Below, piece after piece: positions 37,493 to 45,679 of a DNA stretch of 64,000 nt (position 1 is the first letter of the stretch; each line of letters begins with the position of its first letter). Source of the DNA: a virus; the IMG/VR virus record IMGVR_UViG_3300009104_000002, positions 96,001 through 160,000 of that record; one strand, given 5' to 3'. The notes under the pieces are model-generated. The model had not been told where the DNA came from and did not search any database. It saw nothing but the letters and a program-made list of their open reading frames with translations. The position numbers and the translations under genes are program-made.

Positions 37493-40400
37493 CTATTGTT
37501 GAATAAAGGCATATCCATTTTTCTTGTCAATCGTGATTTGTACATCAACACAATCTTTTAGGCTATCAAGGTGGGAAATAAGCAGGACGGTCTTAAAATA
37601 GGATCTTATCAAATCAAGAATATCAATGAATCCCTGCATATTTTCCTCATCCAATGCTGTTCCTGGCTCATCAAGAATAAAAATATCTGACTTTGGAAGA
37701 GAAGATACACTCAAAAGGGCAAGACGAATGGCCATTGCTGCAATTGTCTTCTCTGCTCCAGAACCCATCTCAAGCGGGCGCGGCTCATGGCGAGGATGTT
37801 TGATGAAGATGTCCAATCTTTTGCCATCATCTTCAAAAAAGACCTCAAAATCGACAATATTTGCTAGAATTTTTGCAATCTCTTCGTTAATAACGGGAAG
37901 CTTTCTCTTAATTACGTCATACGCGATGCCGTTCGGGTGCATAGCTCGCATATAGAGATCATATGCAGAAAATTCTTCCTGTAAATCTAAAAATTCCTCT
38001 TTTTTGGCGACAAGATTGTTTACTTTCTCCTCCAGAGACCCAACCGTTTTGTACAAAGCAAGAATTGAGGCATTACAACTCTCCATACTATTCTGAAAGT
38101 TTTGAGATTTTATTTTCAGTGTTTTCAAACTCTTTGCAAGGTTCTCAAGGTTCTCGATTACATCTTTATTCAATTCATATTCTGATACTTTTTCCTCAAG
38201 GCCTTCGATATCTTTCATCAAAGACTTCATCAAGGTTGAATTTTTCTCTATTTTCAAATCATAGTTTGTTATTTTATTAGATAGCTCGTTTCTCCTATCA
38301 AGAAGGCCATTGTATGCCTTAATCTCTTCTTCGACGCCGTCTGGATTAATTTCTTGAATATCGTCACTCAAATCATCGATTTGGTCTGTTAGGTTTTCCA
38401 CCTCTTTCTCGTTGAGTGGAATTGTTGCCTTTGCAACATAGGCGTCCTTAATAAACTTACATTTTGGAAAAGAAGTTCCACAAGGAATACCACTTAGAAG
38501 TGTTTCTTTGTTTTTATTCCTCTTTAGTTCCTCTTCCTCGGTCGATAATGAGTTCTCTAATGAAGCAATTTGATCTAAAAGGTCATTTGCTCGATCTTGC
38601 TTATCAAATAAGGATTTTACATCAAATTCCTCCAAAAATTCAATTACCCTGCGATATGTATCCCTGTCTTGATCTCTACTAAGATAAAATTCTTCATTTT
38701 GATCTGAAACAGAGATCAATTGATTCTTTTTATCGGACAAATCTTGTTGAACCTTCATAACATCAATGATTTCGGCCGGGATTGACTTGATTTTCTCGTT
38801 GATTTCTCCAATTTGACCACTACAATCTTCTAGGCCGATCTTAAAGTTCTCGCATGCTGACTTTTTCTTTTCTAACTTATTGTTTGCTTCCTCAAGATCG
38901 TCTTCGGCTGCTAAAATCTCACTGTTAAAATCTCTTCCTTCGGATTTTTTCAGTGCTCCTCTCGTATCCGAGGCATCTTCCTTTGCCAAGCGAAACTTAT
39001 GTTCAAAAAATTCAAGATCAAGGAACTTTGCAAGAATTTCTTTCCTCTTTGTTGACCCTTCCTTTATAAAAGTCAGAGAATCAAGCTGTGAGGCCATCGA
39101 CGAATATAGAAAGTCATCTAGAGTTCCAAAAACCTTGCGAATATTCTTATCTGTCTGGTTTCTTGTAAGGCCATTTAGACTCTCTGTATCTCCAAAGTTC
39201 GGGTCATACATGGTGAAATCAACATTTGTTTTCGCTTCTTGTGTTGTCTGCCCCTTGAGTTTCCTGGTATATTTTTCTGAATTTCTATCAATGTAATAAT
39301 CTGTATCACCAATGGAAATTTTAATTTTTCCACTACCATATTCCCTATTCTGGTTAATAATATTTAGGTTTTTTCGATCATTTTTGGATGTCGAATTAAA
39401 AATGGTGTACAAAATTGAATCAATGATACTAGATTTGCCGGAAAAATTCTTTCCGAAAATACCAACGATCCCCTCAATATTATCAAAATTTATACTGTTT
39501 CCCTCTCCGTAGTTAAAGAGATTATTCCATTCAACTGATCGCAACCTCCAATTAATATTTCTGGAAACCTCCTCCTTCTCTTCTGCAATTTTATTATATT
39601 TCAGATTTAAATCCAAAACTCTTTTCATTAATTCTTCATCAACTTCAAAATCCTTTAAATATTCTTTGATTAATTCCTCCTGAATTTGGATATTTCGAAG
39701 ATCCTCTGTTTCGAGACCATCCGTAATATTCTGAACATCTCCCCGCTGACCAGTTGCACGATTTAAGAATGTAATACTCTCTGGCTTAAATCTTCGCTTT
39801 GCCACCTCGACTGCTTTTCTCATAACATCTAGCGGCAAATTATTGTTTGAAACAAGTCGTAGGCGAGCGGTGGAGGGAATTTTTTTGGATGCATTTCGGG
39901 GCATCTTCCCCTTCGGGGTCAATTCAATTGTTACAAAAGGCCTCGGATTTTTAAGCTCAATATGGCGACAAATAAAGTCTTCTTTATCTTGAATGTCCCA
40001 TAGTAAGATTCCCTTATCGTTTGTTTCTCCATGATTCTGTTGAATTGTTGACCCACAGTACCTAATCCTCCCCTCTTTGTCCAATGATTGATTTGTTTTA
40101 TGAATATCTCCCAAAAAGCCATAATCATGACCTTCGAAAATCTCAATTGGATGCTCGCCGTGAGTCATTACCCACCCAGTATCCGTGACGACGCCCGAGA
40201 CAGATCCGTGATAAAGTGCAATATTAATTCTGTTCGGATTTGATGGCTCAGCCCACCCACCTTCGTCGAAAACAGACAAAACATTTAGCGTTACATTTCC
40301 CCGTAGGGGGATTTCGCCGGATTTCTTAAGTAAGTGTAGGTTTTTGTGTGCCAAAGCCTCCACGATGGGTGTCAGGGCGTCCTGACGGCTGCTATTGCGC

Positions 40401-40651
40401 AGGTTTCCGTCGTGATTTCCCAAAATAACGTAAGTTGGCGCAATATCAGCAAGTGAGCTTAAAAATTCAGAGCACATTTCCACGAACTCTGGGCTGATTT
40501 GTGTCTTGGTGTGAGCAATGTCGCCACAATGGACAATATAATCTGGCCTCTCCTTTCTCAAAATGTCGTACAGCTTGTCAAAAACAATCCTATACTCGTA
40601 ATGATATTTTAAATTTTTAATGTGGGTATCTGCTATGTGGGCAAACTTCAA
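37493..40651 (-). CDS. fused Mre11/SbcD (gp47-like) nuclease and Rad50/SbcC (gp46-like) ATPase
   Basis: DTH, GD, GNHD, YHG, GDIH phosphoesterase motifs; GKNFSGKSS Walker A, coiled coil, GSGAEK signature, ILDEP Walker B, ISH; TTG start with AGGAG SD. Confidence 0.92.
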   Translation of the reverse strand: MKFAHIADTHIKNLKYHYEYRIVFDKLYDILRKERPDYIVHCGDIAHTKTQISPEFVEMCSEFLSSLADIAPTYVILGNHDGNLRNSSRQDALTPIVEALAHKNLHLLKKSGEIPLRGNVTLNVLSVFDEGGWAEPSNPNRINIALYHGSVSGVVTDTGWVMTHGEHPIEIFEGHDYGFLGDIHKTNQSLDKEGRIRYCGSTIQQNHGETNDKGILLWDIQDKEDFICRHIELKNPRPFVTIELTPKGKMPRNASKKIPSTARLRLVSNNNLPLDVMRKAVEVAKRRFKPESITFLNRATGQRGDVQNITDGLETEDLRNIQIQEELIKEYLKDFEVDEELMKRVLDLNLKYNKIAEEKEEVSRNINWRLRSVEWNNLFNYGEGNSINFDNIEGIVGIFGKNFSGKSSIIDSILYTIFNSTSKNDRKNLNIINQNREYGSGKIKISIGDTDYYIDRNSEKYTRKLKGQTTQEAKTNVDFTMYDPNFGDTESLNGLTRNQTDKNIRKVFGTLDDFLYSSMASQLDSLTFIKEGSTKRKEILAKFLDLEFFEHKFRLAKEDASDTRGALKKSEGRDFNSEILAAEDDLEEANNKLEKKKSACENFKIGLEDCSGQIGEINEKIKSIPAEIIDVMKVQQDLSDKKNQLISVSDQNEEFYLSRDQDRDTYRRVIEFLEEFDVKSLFDKQDRANDLLDQIASLENSLSTEEEELKRNKNKETLLSGIPCGTSFPKCKFIKDAYVAKATIPLNEKEVENLTDQIDDLSDDIQEINPDGVEEEIKAYNGLLDRRNELSNKITNYDLKIEKNSTLMKSLMKDIEGLEEKVSEYELNKDVIENLENLAKSLKTLKIKSQNFQNSMESCNASILALYKTVGSLEEKVNNLVAKKEEFLDLQEEFSAYDLYMRAMHPNGIAYDVIKRKLPVINEEIAKILANIVDFEVFFEDDGKRLDIFIKHPRHEPRPLEMGSGAEKTIAAMAIRLALLSVSSLPKSDIFILDEPGTALDEENMQGFIDILDLIRSYFKTVLLISHLDSLKDCVDVQITIDKKNGYAFIQQ

Positions 40652-40660
40652 ACTTTTCTC

Positions 40661-41584
40661 CTATAAGTCAAAAATTGCAGATACTAAAGAATCCTCTTCT
40701 CTAATAACTGGCGCATCTTGACTTAATTTTTCTACTTCTTCTTTGGACATATCGCCTACGTCCCTCTCATCATCATACTGCAGTTCGCGGACTTCGATTC
40801 CGTACTTAAAAAGCAATCTTTTGATGTTTTCAGCTTTGTATTTTGCATCTGGGTCTAATGCCAACAAAACCGGCGTATTGTTCTTGACTATCTTTTTGAA
40901 TAGTCTAGATGTTTCTCTAATTGTTGAGCCCAAAATAGGAACTGCGTTATCTGCTTTGACAGCATCAAACGCTCCTTCAACAATTGTGACCTCTTTATCA
41001 AAATCAACATACAATTCATTGAATACTATGTCGCGACTGACTGGAGGATTTTTATATCTTCTATAATCGTCTGTAAATGTTCTTGCTATGAAATAATTTA
41101 AGTCTCCATTTTCATTAAATGATGGGATTATGATCCTTCCCTTGAATGGGCCATCGGAACAAAAGCCAATTTTCCATTTTAGGATGTCCTTTCTTGTAAT
41201 GCCTCGTTTTTCAAGGTACCCCAATGGTACCCTAAATTTGCAATTTCCAGTCAAAGTATGAAAATTTGGTGGCATTTCTATAATCTGCTCAATTTTATCC
41301 TCTTCGATCTCTTCAAAAAGACTTTCAAATTCATTTAAGTCTGTTTTCTCACCAGAAAATGCCTTCCAAGCCTCTTGATCCCTGTGTGATCCGAACTTGC
41401 GAACCAATCGATAAAGATTCCTTCCTTTTTCGTCGCAAACCCAGCACTTGTAAACACCGCGCTGGATATTGACAGAGAATTTCCTCTTGTGATGCTTACA
41501 AAACGGGCATTTAAACAAATGCTCGTTGTTTGATTTATAAGATTTCCCAAGGAAGCCAATTATAATCGAAAGCTTTTCGTCCAT
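40661..41584 (-). CDS. DNA primase-like protein (Zn ribbon + TOPRIM)
   Basis: CPFC...CWVC, GRIIIP, EGAFD and LDPD motifs. Confidence 0.8.
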   Translation of the reverse strand: MDEKLSIIIGFLGKSYKSNNEHLFKCPFCKHHKRKFSVNIQRGVYKCWVCDEKGRNLYRLVRKFGSHRDQEAWKAFSGEKTDLNEFESLFEEIEEDKIEQIIEMPPNFHTLTGNCKFRVPLGYLEKRGITRKDILKWKIGFCSDGPFKGRIIIPSFNENGDLNYFIARTFTDDYRRYKNPPVSRDIVFNELYVDFDKEVTIVEGAFDAVKADNAVPILGSTIRETSRLFKKIVKNNTPVLLALDPDAKYKAENIKRLLFKYGIEVRELQYDDERDVGDMSKEEVEKLSQDAPVIREEDSLVSAIFDL

Positions 41585-41590
41585 ATTAAT

Positions 41591-41619
41591 AATATAACAT
41601 GAATACCACTGCGTGTCAA
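41591..41619 (-). promoter_or_regulatory. sigma70-type promoter TTGACA-N17-TATATT with TG extended -10
   Basis: -35 at 41619-41614, -10 at 41596-41591, 6 nt before the primase ATG. Confidence 0.8.
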
Positions 41620-41627
41620 GGATTATT

Positions 41628-41924
41628 TTAATTTGGTGATTGCGATTGAGACCTGTCCCTTATACGGAATAATAGGGCTTGAAGATGTTGTCTATATTTA
41701 TTTAGATCATCCGATTCTGCAATTTTTATTAGGAGTTCCTCAACATCCTGAATAATTGCTCTCTCCCTATTCGAGACGTCGCCGCCCAGAGTTTCTCCGG
41801 AACGAATAGATTTTGATCGCTCCCTTTCTGATGATGCAAGTGCACTCTTTGTTACACCAGTGGCGCCGATTCTCCCCATTTCTTCATTAATGATATTAAT
41901 CAAATCTTTTTTAGATATTTTCAT
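41628..41924 (-). CDS. leader-bearing protein (MKISKKDLINIINEE), putative internal head protein
   Basis: AAGGAG SD; shared leader; helical cargo. Confidence 0.7.
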   Translation of the reverse strand: MKISKKDLINIINEEMGRIGATGVTKSALASSERERSKSIRSGETLGGDVSNRERAIIQDVEELLIKIAESDDLNKYRQHLQALLFRIRDRSQSQSPN

Positions 41925-41929
41925 CTTAA

Positions 41930-42445
41930 CTAACTCCTTTCCTGTAATAAATAGTGCCCTGCACGAGCAACTACCACAGCGTCAGCAATATCGTAGCAGT
42001 ATTTCTGAACGTTGCCGTGTCTTGTATAAATTATTTCGAACTCTTCGCTTTCAATAAAATGTTCCATGACAACTTCTTTGGCTTTTTTGCCCTTGGCTAC
42101 CTTTATTCCACATTTTGATCTTGCCGAGATGGGAGTTATATAGTTTGGCTCCATATCGAAGAGTTGATAGGACTGCCAGGATACAATTCCATTGAATCTC
42201 TGGAGAACGGACATTGTTTTTGCCGTTGAGCCTCCTCTGCGGAAGAACATGAGAGCTTGCTCAATAAAGATGTGCTCGATATTGTGATTCTTCTTTATTT
42301 CTTTCAGGGAATCTTCAACTTTTCGGGCCTTTTCAAAGAAGTTTCCAACTTTTCGCAAGTCAATGTACTCCGTATGAACGATTTTGTTATCGTTCATGAC
42401 GCATACTCCGACTATGCTTGTGCTTATGTCTAATCCTAATATCAC
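41930..42445 (-). CDS. RuvC-like Holliday junction resolvase
   Basis: ILGLDIST, IFIEQ and DIADAVVVA acidic motifs; GTG start overlapping the upstream TAG. Confidence 0.8.
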   Translation of the reverse strand: MILGLDISTSIVGVCVMNDNKIVHTEYIDLRKVGNFFEKARKVEDSLKEIKKNHNIEHIFIEQALMFFRRGGSTAKTMSVLQRFNGIVSWQSYQLFDMEPNYITPISARSKCGIKVAKGKKAKEVVMEHFIESEEFEIIYTRHGNVQKYCYDIADAVVVARAGHYLLQERS

Positions 42446-43614
42446 TAAATATCCAACTTTAATTTAAAAGTAATGTCCCTATCTTGAGTTTTTTTAACGG
42501 GAGATGCCACCGTTGCAACGCCAATTAGATTTTTTTCTTCATCATAAATTCCGATTTTAGAAATATATGTTATTTTTTCAAAAGAACCAGTAGGATCAAC
42601 GTATGAAGAGCTTACTGTGTTTTTTATTTTTATGTTTTTGCCCTCTATATACGAAAATGTTCCCGTCGAAGGAGCCGTTGATTGGCCGTGTTCTATGTAA
42701 GTTGGATTGTTGGAGTGATTCATTTCGGCCTTGTTTGCATGTGCGAACATCGTTAGGGTGGGTATTTTATTTACACCATTCATATTCAAAGAATAACTTG
42801 ACGAAGGGATAATTCCAGACGGCAAATCATCATTGGCACCACATCCGTAAAAGAGCCACGAGGAAGTTTGTAAATTTGAAATATCATTTAAATAATTTCT
42901 AGCAATTCCCGTTTCTAAAGTCCATGATCCGGTTAATAAAATAAATCCTTCATTATATAAAGCAACTCCTGCGACGGATCCAGAGCCATTACTACCAGGA
43001 GGGCCAGTTTGAACCATTTCTCCATTTCTTCTCTCGTCTTTTAGGCTACCAATTAATGTGCCAGAAATATAGAAATCCAATTCCAAGCTTCCCTTCTTAA
43101 TTGAATCTCCATATAGAATTGAAGGAATAGAAATCAACCCCAGAGGCTGCGTTTCCTTATCCCCAAAGGAAGAATTATATTCGTATTGTCTAGACAGGAT
43201 GGTATAAGAGTTTAGTACATTTTTTAGCGCATTTATTTCTGGACGTGCTTGACCGAGTTGATAAAAATCTCTCTTTATGCTGGAAGATAGTGGATAGCTC
43301 CCAGTAATCGTATCGCCATAAGAAAAATCCGTATTGAATGTTGTTGTGGATATCGTTTTTGTGCCTATTAGGCTCCCATCTTTCGTAACAAAGGGGTAGA
43401 TTAATCCGGTAGCAGCTTCATTTCTATCTACATTTAATTCATATAGAGAAACGAATCCCTGCGGTACCAAAAGTGTTGGATCTGCAAACGATCCAGAAAT
43501 TACTGCCTTATTGTTGTGATATATTTTTGCGTCGTATACCTTGAAGGACTGCTCTGGGTTTGTTTCCAAAACATTATAGAGTATATCTTTTTCCTCGAAC
43601 TTCTTAAATGTCAT
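42445..43614 (-). CDS. baseplate/tail-collar-like structural protein
   Basis: C-terminal YISKIGIYDEEKNLIGVATVASPVKK motif; paralogous to 43661-44698. Confidence 0.6.
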   Translation of the reverse strand: MTFKKFEEKDILYNVLETNPEQSFKVYDAKIYHNNKAVISGSFADPTLLVPQGFVSLYELNVDRNEAATGLIYPFVTKDGSLIGTKTISTTTFNTDFSYGDTITGSYPLSSSIKRDFYQLGQARPEINALKNVLNSYTILSRQYEYNSSFGDKETQPLGLISIPSILYGDSIKKGSLELDFYISGTLIGSLKDERRNGEMVQTGPPGSNGSGSVAGVALYNEGFILLTGSWTLETGIARNYLNDISNLQTSSWLFYGCGANDDLPSGIIPSSSYSLNMNGVNKIPTLTMFAHANKAEMNHSNNPTYIEHGQSTAPSTGTFSYIEGKNIKIKNTVSSSYVDPTGSFEKITYISKIGIYDEEKNLIGVATVASPVKKTQDRDITFKLKLDI

Positions 43615-43621
43615 ATCATTA

Positions 43622-43630
43622 ATAAATAGT
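43622..43630 (-). promoter_or_regulatory. putative late promoter ACTATTTAT
   Basis: exact motif 7 nt before ATG 43614; no SD. Confidence 0.6.
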
Positions 43631-43660
43631 AGTTATTTCAACTTCTTTCGCGAGGAGTCA

Positions 43661-44698
43661 CTAATAATCTAATCTAACCCTAATCGTAAGTTCGTTTGTT
43701 GGATCCTTCTTGAGAGGTTCCGAAACTTTTGCAACAGCCAACAATTCATTGTCGTCGGAATATAGTCCAATTGTGGTAATATAAGATGCTGGAGTGTCTG
43801 TTGAGATATTTTTTAATCTGATTTTACTGCCAGAAAGATAGGTCGGATTTGAACTATAGTTAAATTCATTAGTTCCTGCTCTGCAAAAATAAATTGTTGA
43901 ATTTAATTCAGTCGTATTATTGAAATCCAAATCATTCCATCTATTTCTTATCCCGTCACAGGAAGAGGAAATTTCTGATCCTGTCAAAACTGCGTCAATC
44001 GAGGCCGTATCATAGGTTGCAGCAGGTGCTCCAAATTCCCCGTCAAAAATTGATGCTGTCAATACCGCGATTCCTGCTTGATAATATAGCAAGCCAACCC
44101 CAGTATCCTCTGCCGCGATTGAAGATGTATACAAAATTCCGTATTCTCCGGCTGGCGAATTTGTTCTGTAATCGTCGTTTGCTCCGTAATCCGAGATTGT
44201 CAAAAGAGATCCAAAATCTGGAGAAGAGGGCGTACCACCGGTCGCAAACGACAAGATGAACGATTGTTTTTTAATTTCATCTTTTGATAAGAGGCGAGAG
44301 AAGTTGATGAAAACACATTCCTTCATGCTATCGCCAGCACTACTATAGTCACCGTCCTTATCGAATTGGCGAATATTGTTATTTTCATCAAAACCAGCCA
44401 ATACCATGGCCATCTGATTATAAATATTAATCTTTTTTGCGTTTTGAGAAGAGGCAGAGCCGGAAAGTGGAGAATCGGAAGTATATCCGACACTCAAATC
44501 AAAAATATGATTAGCCGACGAACTCAAATATGGATAATCATATACACTCTGAAACATTCCGTGTGCATAATTTTTTATATTTTCGTCATCGTAAGTTCCT
44601 GAAACAATCGATCCAGTAATTGGTATAGCCTCGTGGAGCAATGTTCTCGTATTTGCTATATCTTTGTCTAATACTAAAGTTTTATATGTTGTTGCCAT
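43661..44698 (-). CDS. baseplate/tail-collar-like structural protein
   Basis: FNYSSNPTY and YITTIGLYSDDNELLAVAKVSEPLKK motifs. Confidence 0.6.
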   Translation of the reverse strand: MATTYKTLVLDKDIANTRTLLHEAIPITGSIVSGTYDDENIKNYAHGMFQSVYDYPYLSSSANHIFDLSVGYTSDSPLSGSASSQNAKKINIYNQMAMVLAGFDENNNIRQFDKDGDYSSAGDSMKECVFINFSRLLSKDEIKKQSFILSFATGGTPSSPDFGSLLTISDYGANDDYRTNSPAGEYGILYTSSIAAEDTGVGLLYYQAGIAVLTASIFDGEFGAPAATYDTASIDAVLTGSEISSSCDGIRNRWNDLDFNNTTELNSTIYFCRAGTNEFNYSSNPTYLSGSKIRLKNISTDTPASYITTIGLYSDDNELLAVAKVSEPLKKDPTNELTIRVRLDY

Positions 44699-44712
44699 AC
44701 TCTAATCCTATC

Positions 44713-45609
44713 CTATTGTTTCTTTAAAAGTCTAATTGGTAAATCAACTCTGTATCCAGTTGTTTGACCGCTGATTCGTATATTTGTGTCTACAAAATAA
44801 TATGTTGAGACAGTGCCGCCCAGAGTTGTAAATAAATAAGTACTCGATTGAAGGTCAATTGTGGACCTTAGGCCGATCGTCAGGGTGCTCCCCCTTGGGC
44901 CAGCAATTGCGTTAGAATCTCCGGTGTCTCCCGTACTATCGGTGACAAATGTTGTCTCCGACACCGAATAAGATGCTATTGAGTCATCATCAATGAATGA
45001 TGGAGTCGCGTCAAGTCCCGATGAATCAGTCAATGTTATCAGGCGATTATCCATCTCTATCGTATATTGAGTTTCATTTAGGTCCGGTGGAATTGCAGCG
45101 TCCTTGCTAATTGCCGTCGTATCGAGACCTTGATTGAGAATAAGTGGGTTTTCGGCATTTTTTGGATCAAACGCATCGTATGCTGTACCAATGCCCGCAG
45201 AATCGGCGCCAGAGCCAAGAGCAACGCGAGTATCTTTGTCAACTGCGACCGCAATTAGTCCAGATGCTAAAGTTGCAACCTGATTCAATTGATATCCAGT
45301 GCCATTATTATTAAATTTAATGATTGGCAAATAAAGAACGTTTGTTCTGGTAATTGTGATCAATTTTGACTTCATTGAAGAAGTGTTGTTTGTGAATCCT
45401 TCCAATACTGGAGTTTGCAGGATTTGCAAATCATAAAATGCGGATCCCCTAGAATCATTGCTATTATACAATTCATAATTGATCTCATCATCTCCGAAAG
45501 CAAATTTGGTAATTTTAAAACTACCATCACCCCTTGCTAATCTCTCTCTTCCCGCGTCTGTCAATACGGCATCCAAAATAATGTCGCCGCTGTTATCTAA
45601 AAAAGCCAT
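44713..45609 (-). CDS. baseplate/tail-collar-like structural protein
   Basis: N-terminal AVLTDAGRERLA...FKITKFAFGDDEINY resembles the tail-collar fibre N-terminus. Confidence 0.55.
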   Translation of the reverse strand: MAFLDNSGDIILDAVLTDAGRERLARGDGSFKITKFAFGDDEINYELYNSNDSRGSAFYDLQILQTPVLEGFTNNTSSMKSKLITITRTNVLYLPIIKFNNNGTGYQLNQVATLASGLIAVAVDKDTRVALGSGADSAGIGTAYDAFDPKNAENPLILNQGLDTTAISKDAAIPPDLNETQYTIEMDNRLITLTDSSGLDATPSFIDDDSIASYSVSETTFVTDSTGDTGDSNAIAGPRGSTLTIGLRSTIDLQSSTYLFTTLGGTVSTYYFVDTNIRISGQTTGYRVDLPIRLLKKQ

Positions 45610-45641
45610 ATTAATATATCCTCGTAATACTTTTTTACAAA

Positions 45642-45650
45642 ATAAATAGT
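45642..45650 (-). promoter_or_regulatory. putative late promoter ACTATTTAT
   Basis: exact motif ~32 nt upstream of ATG 45609, GAGGA SD in between. Confidence 0.65.
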
Positions 45651-45679
45651 TTCTTTTTTACTTATTATTCAAAAACATT

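Noticed and set aside
37493-40651. Eukaryotic giant-virus origin suggested by the Mre11-Rad50 fusion
   Set aside because: T4-type gp13/14/15/17/20/21/23 genes, SD sites, a sigma70 promoter and intrinsic terminators indicate a bacteriophage
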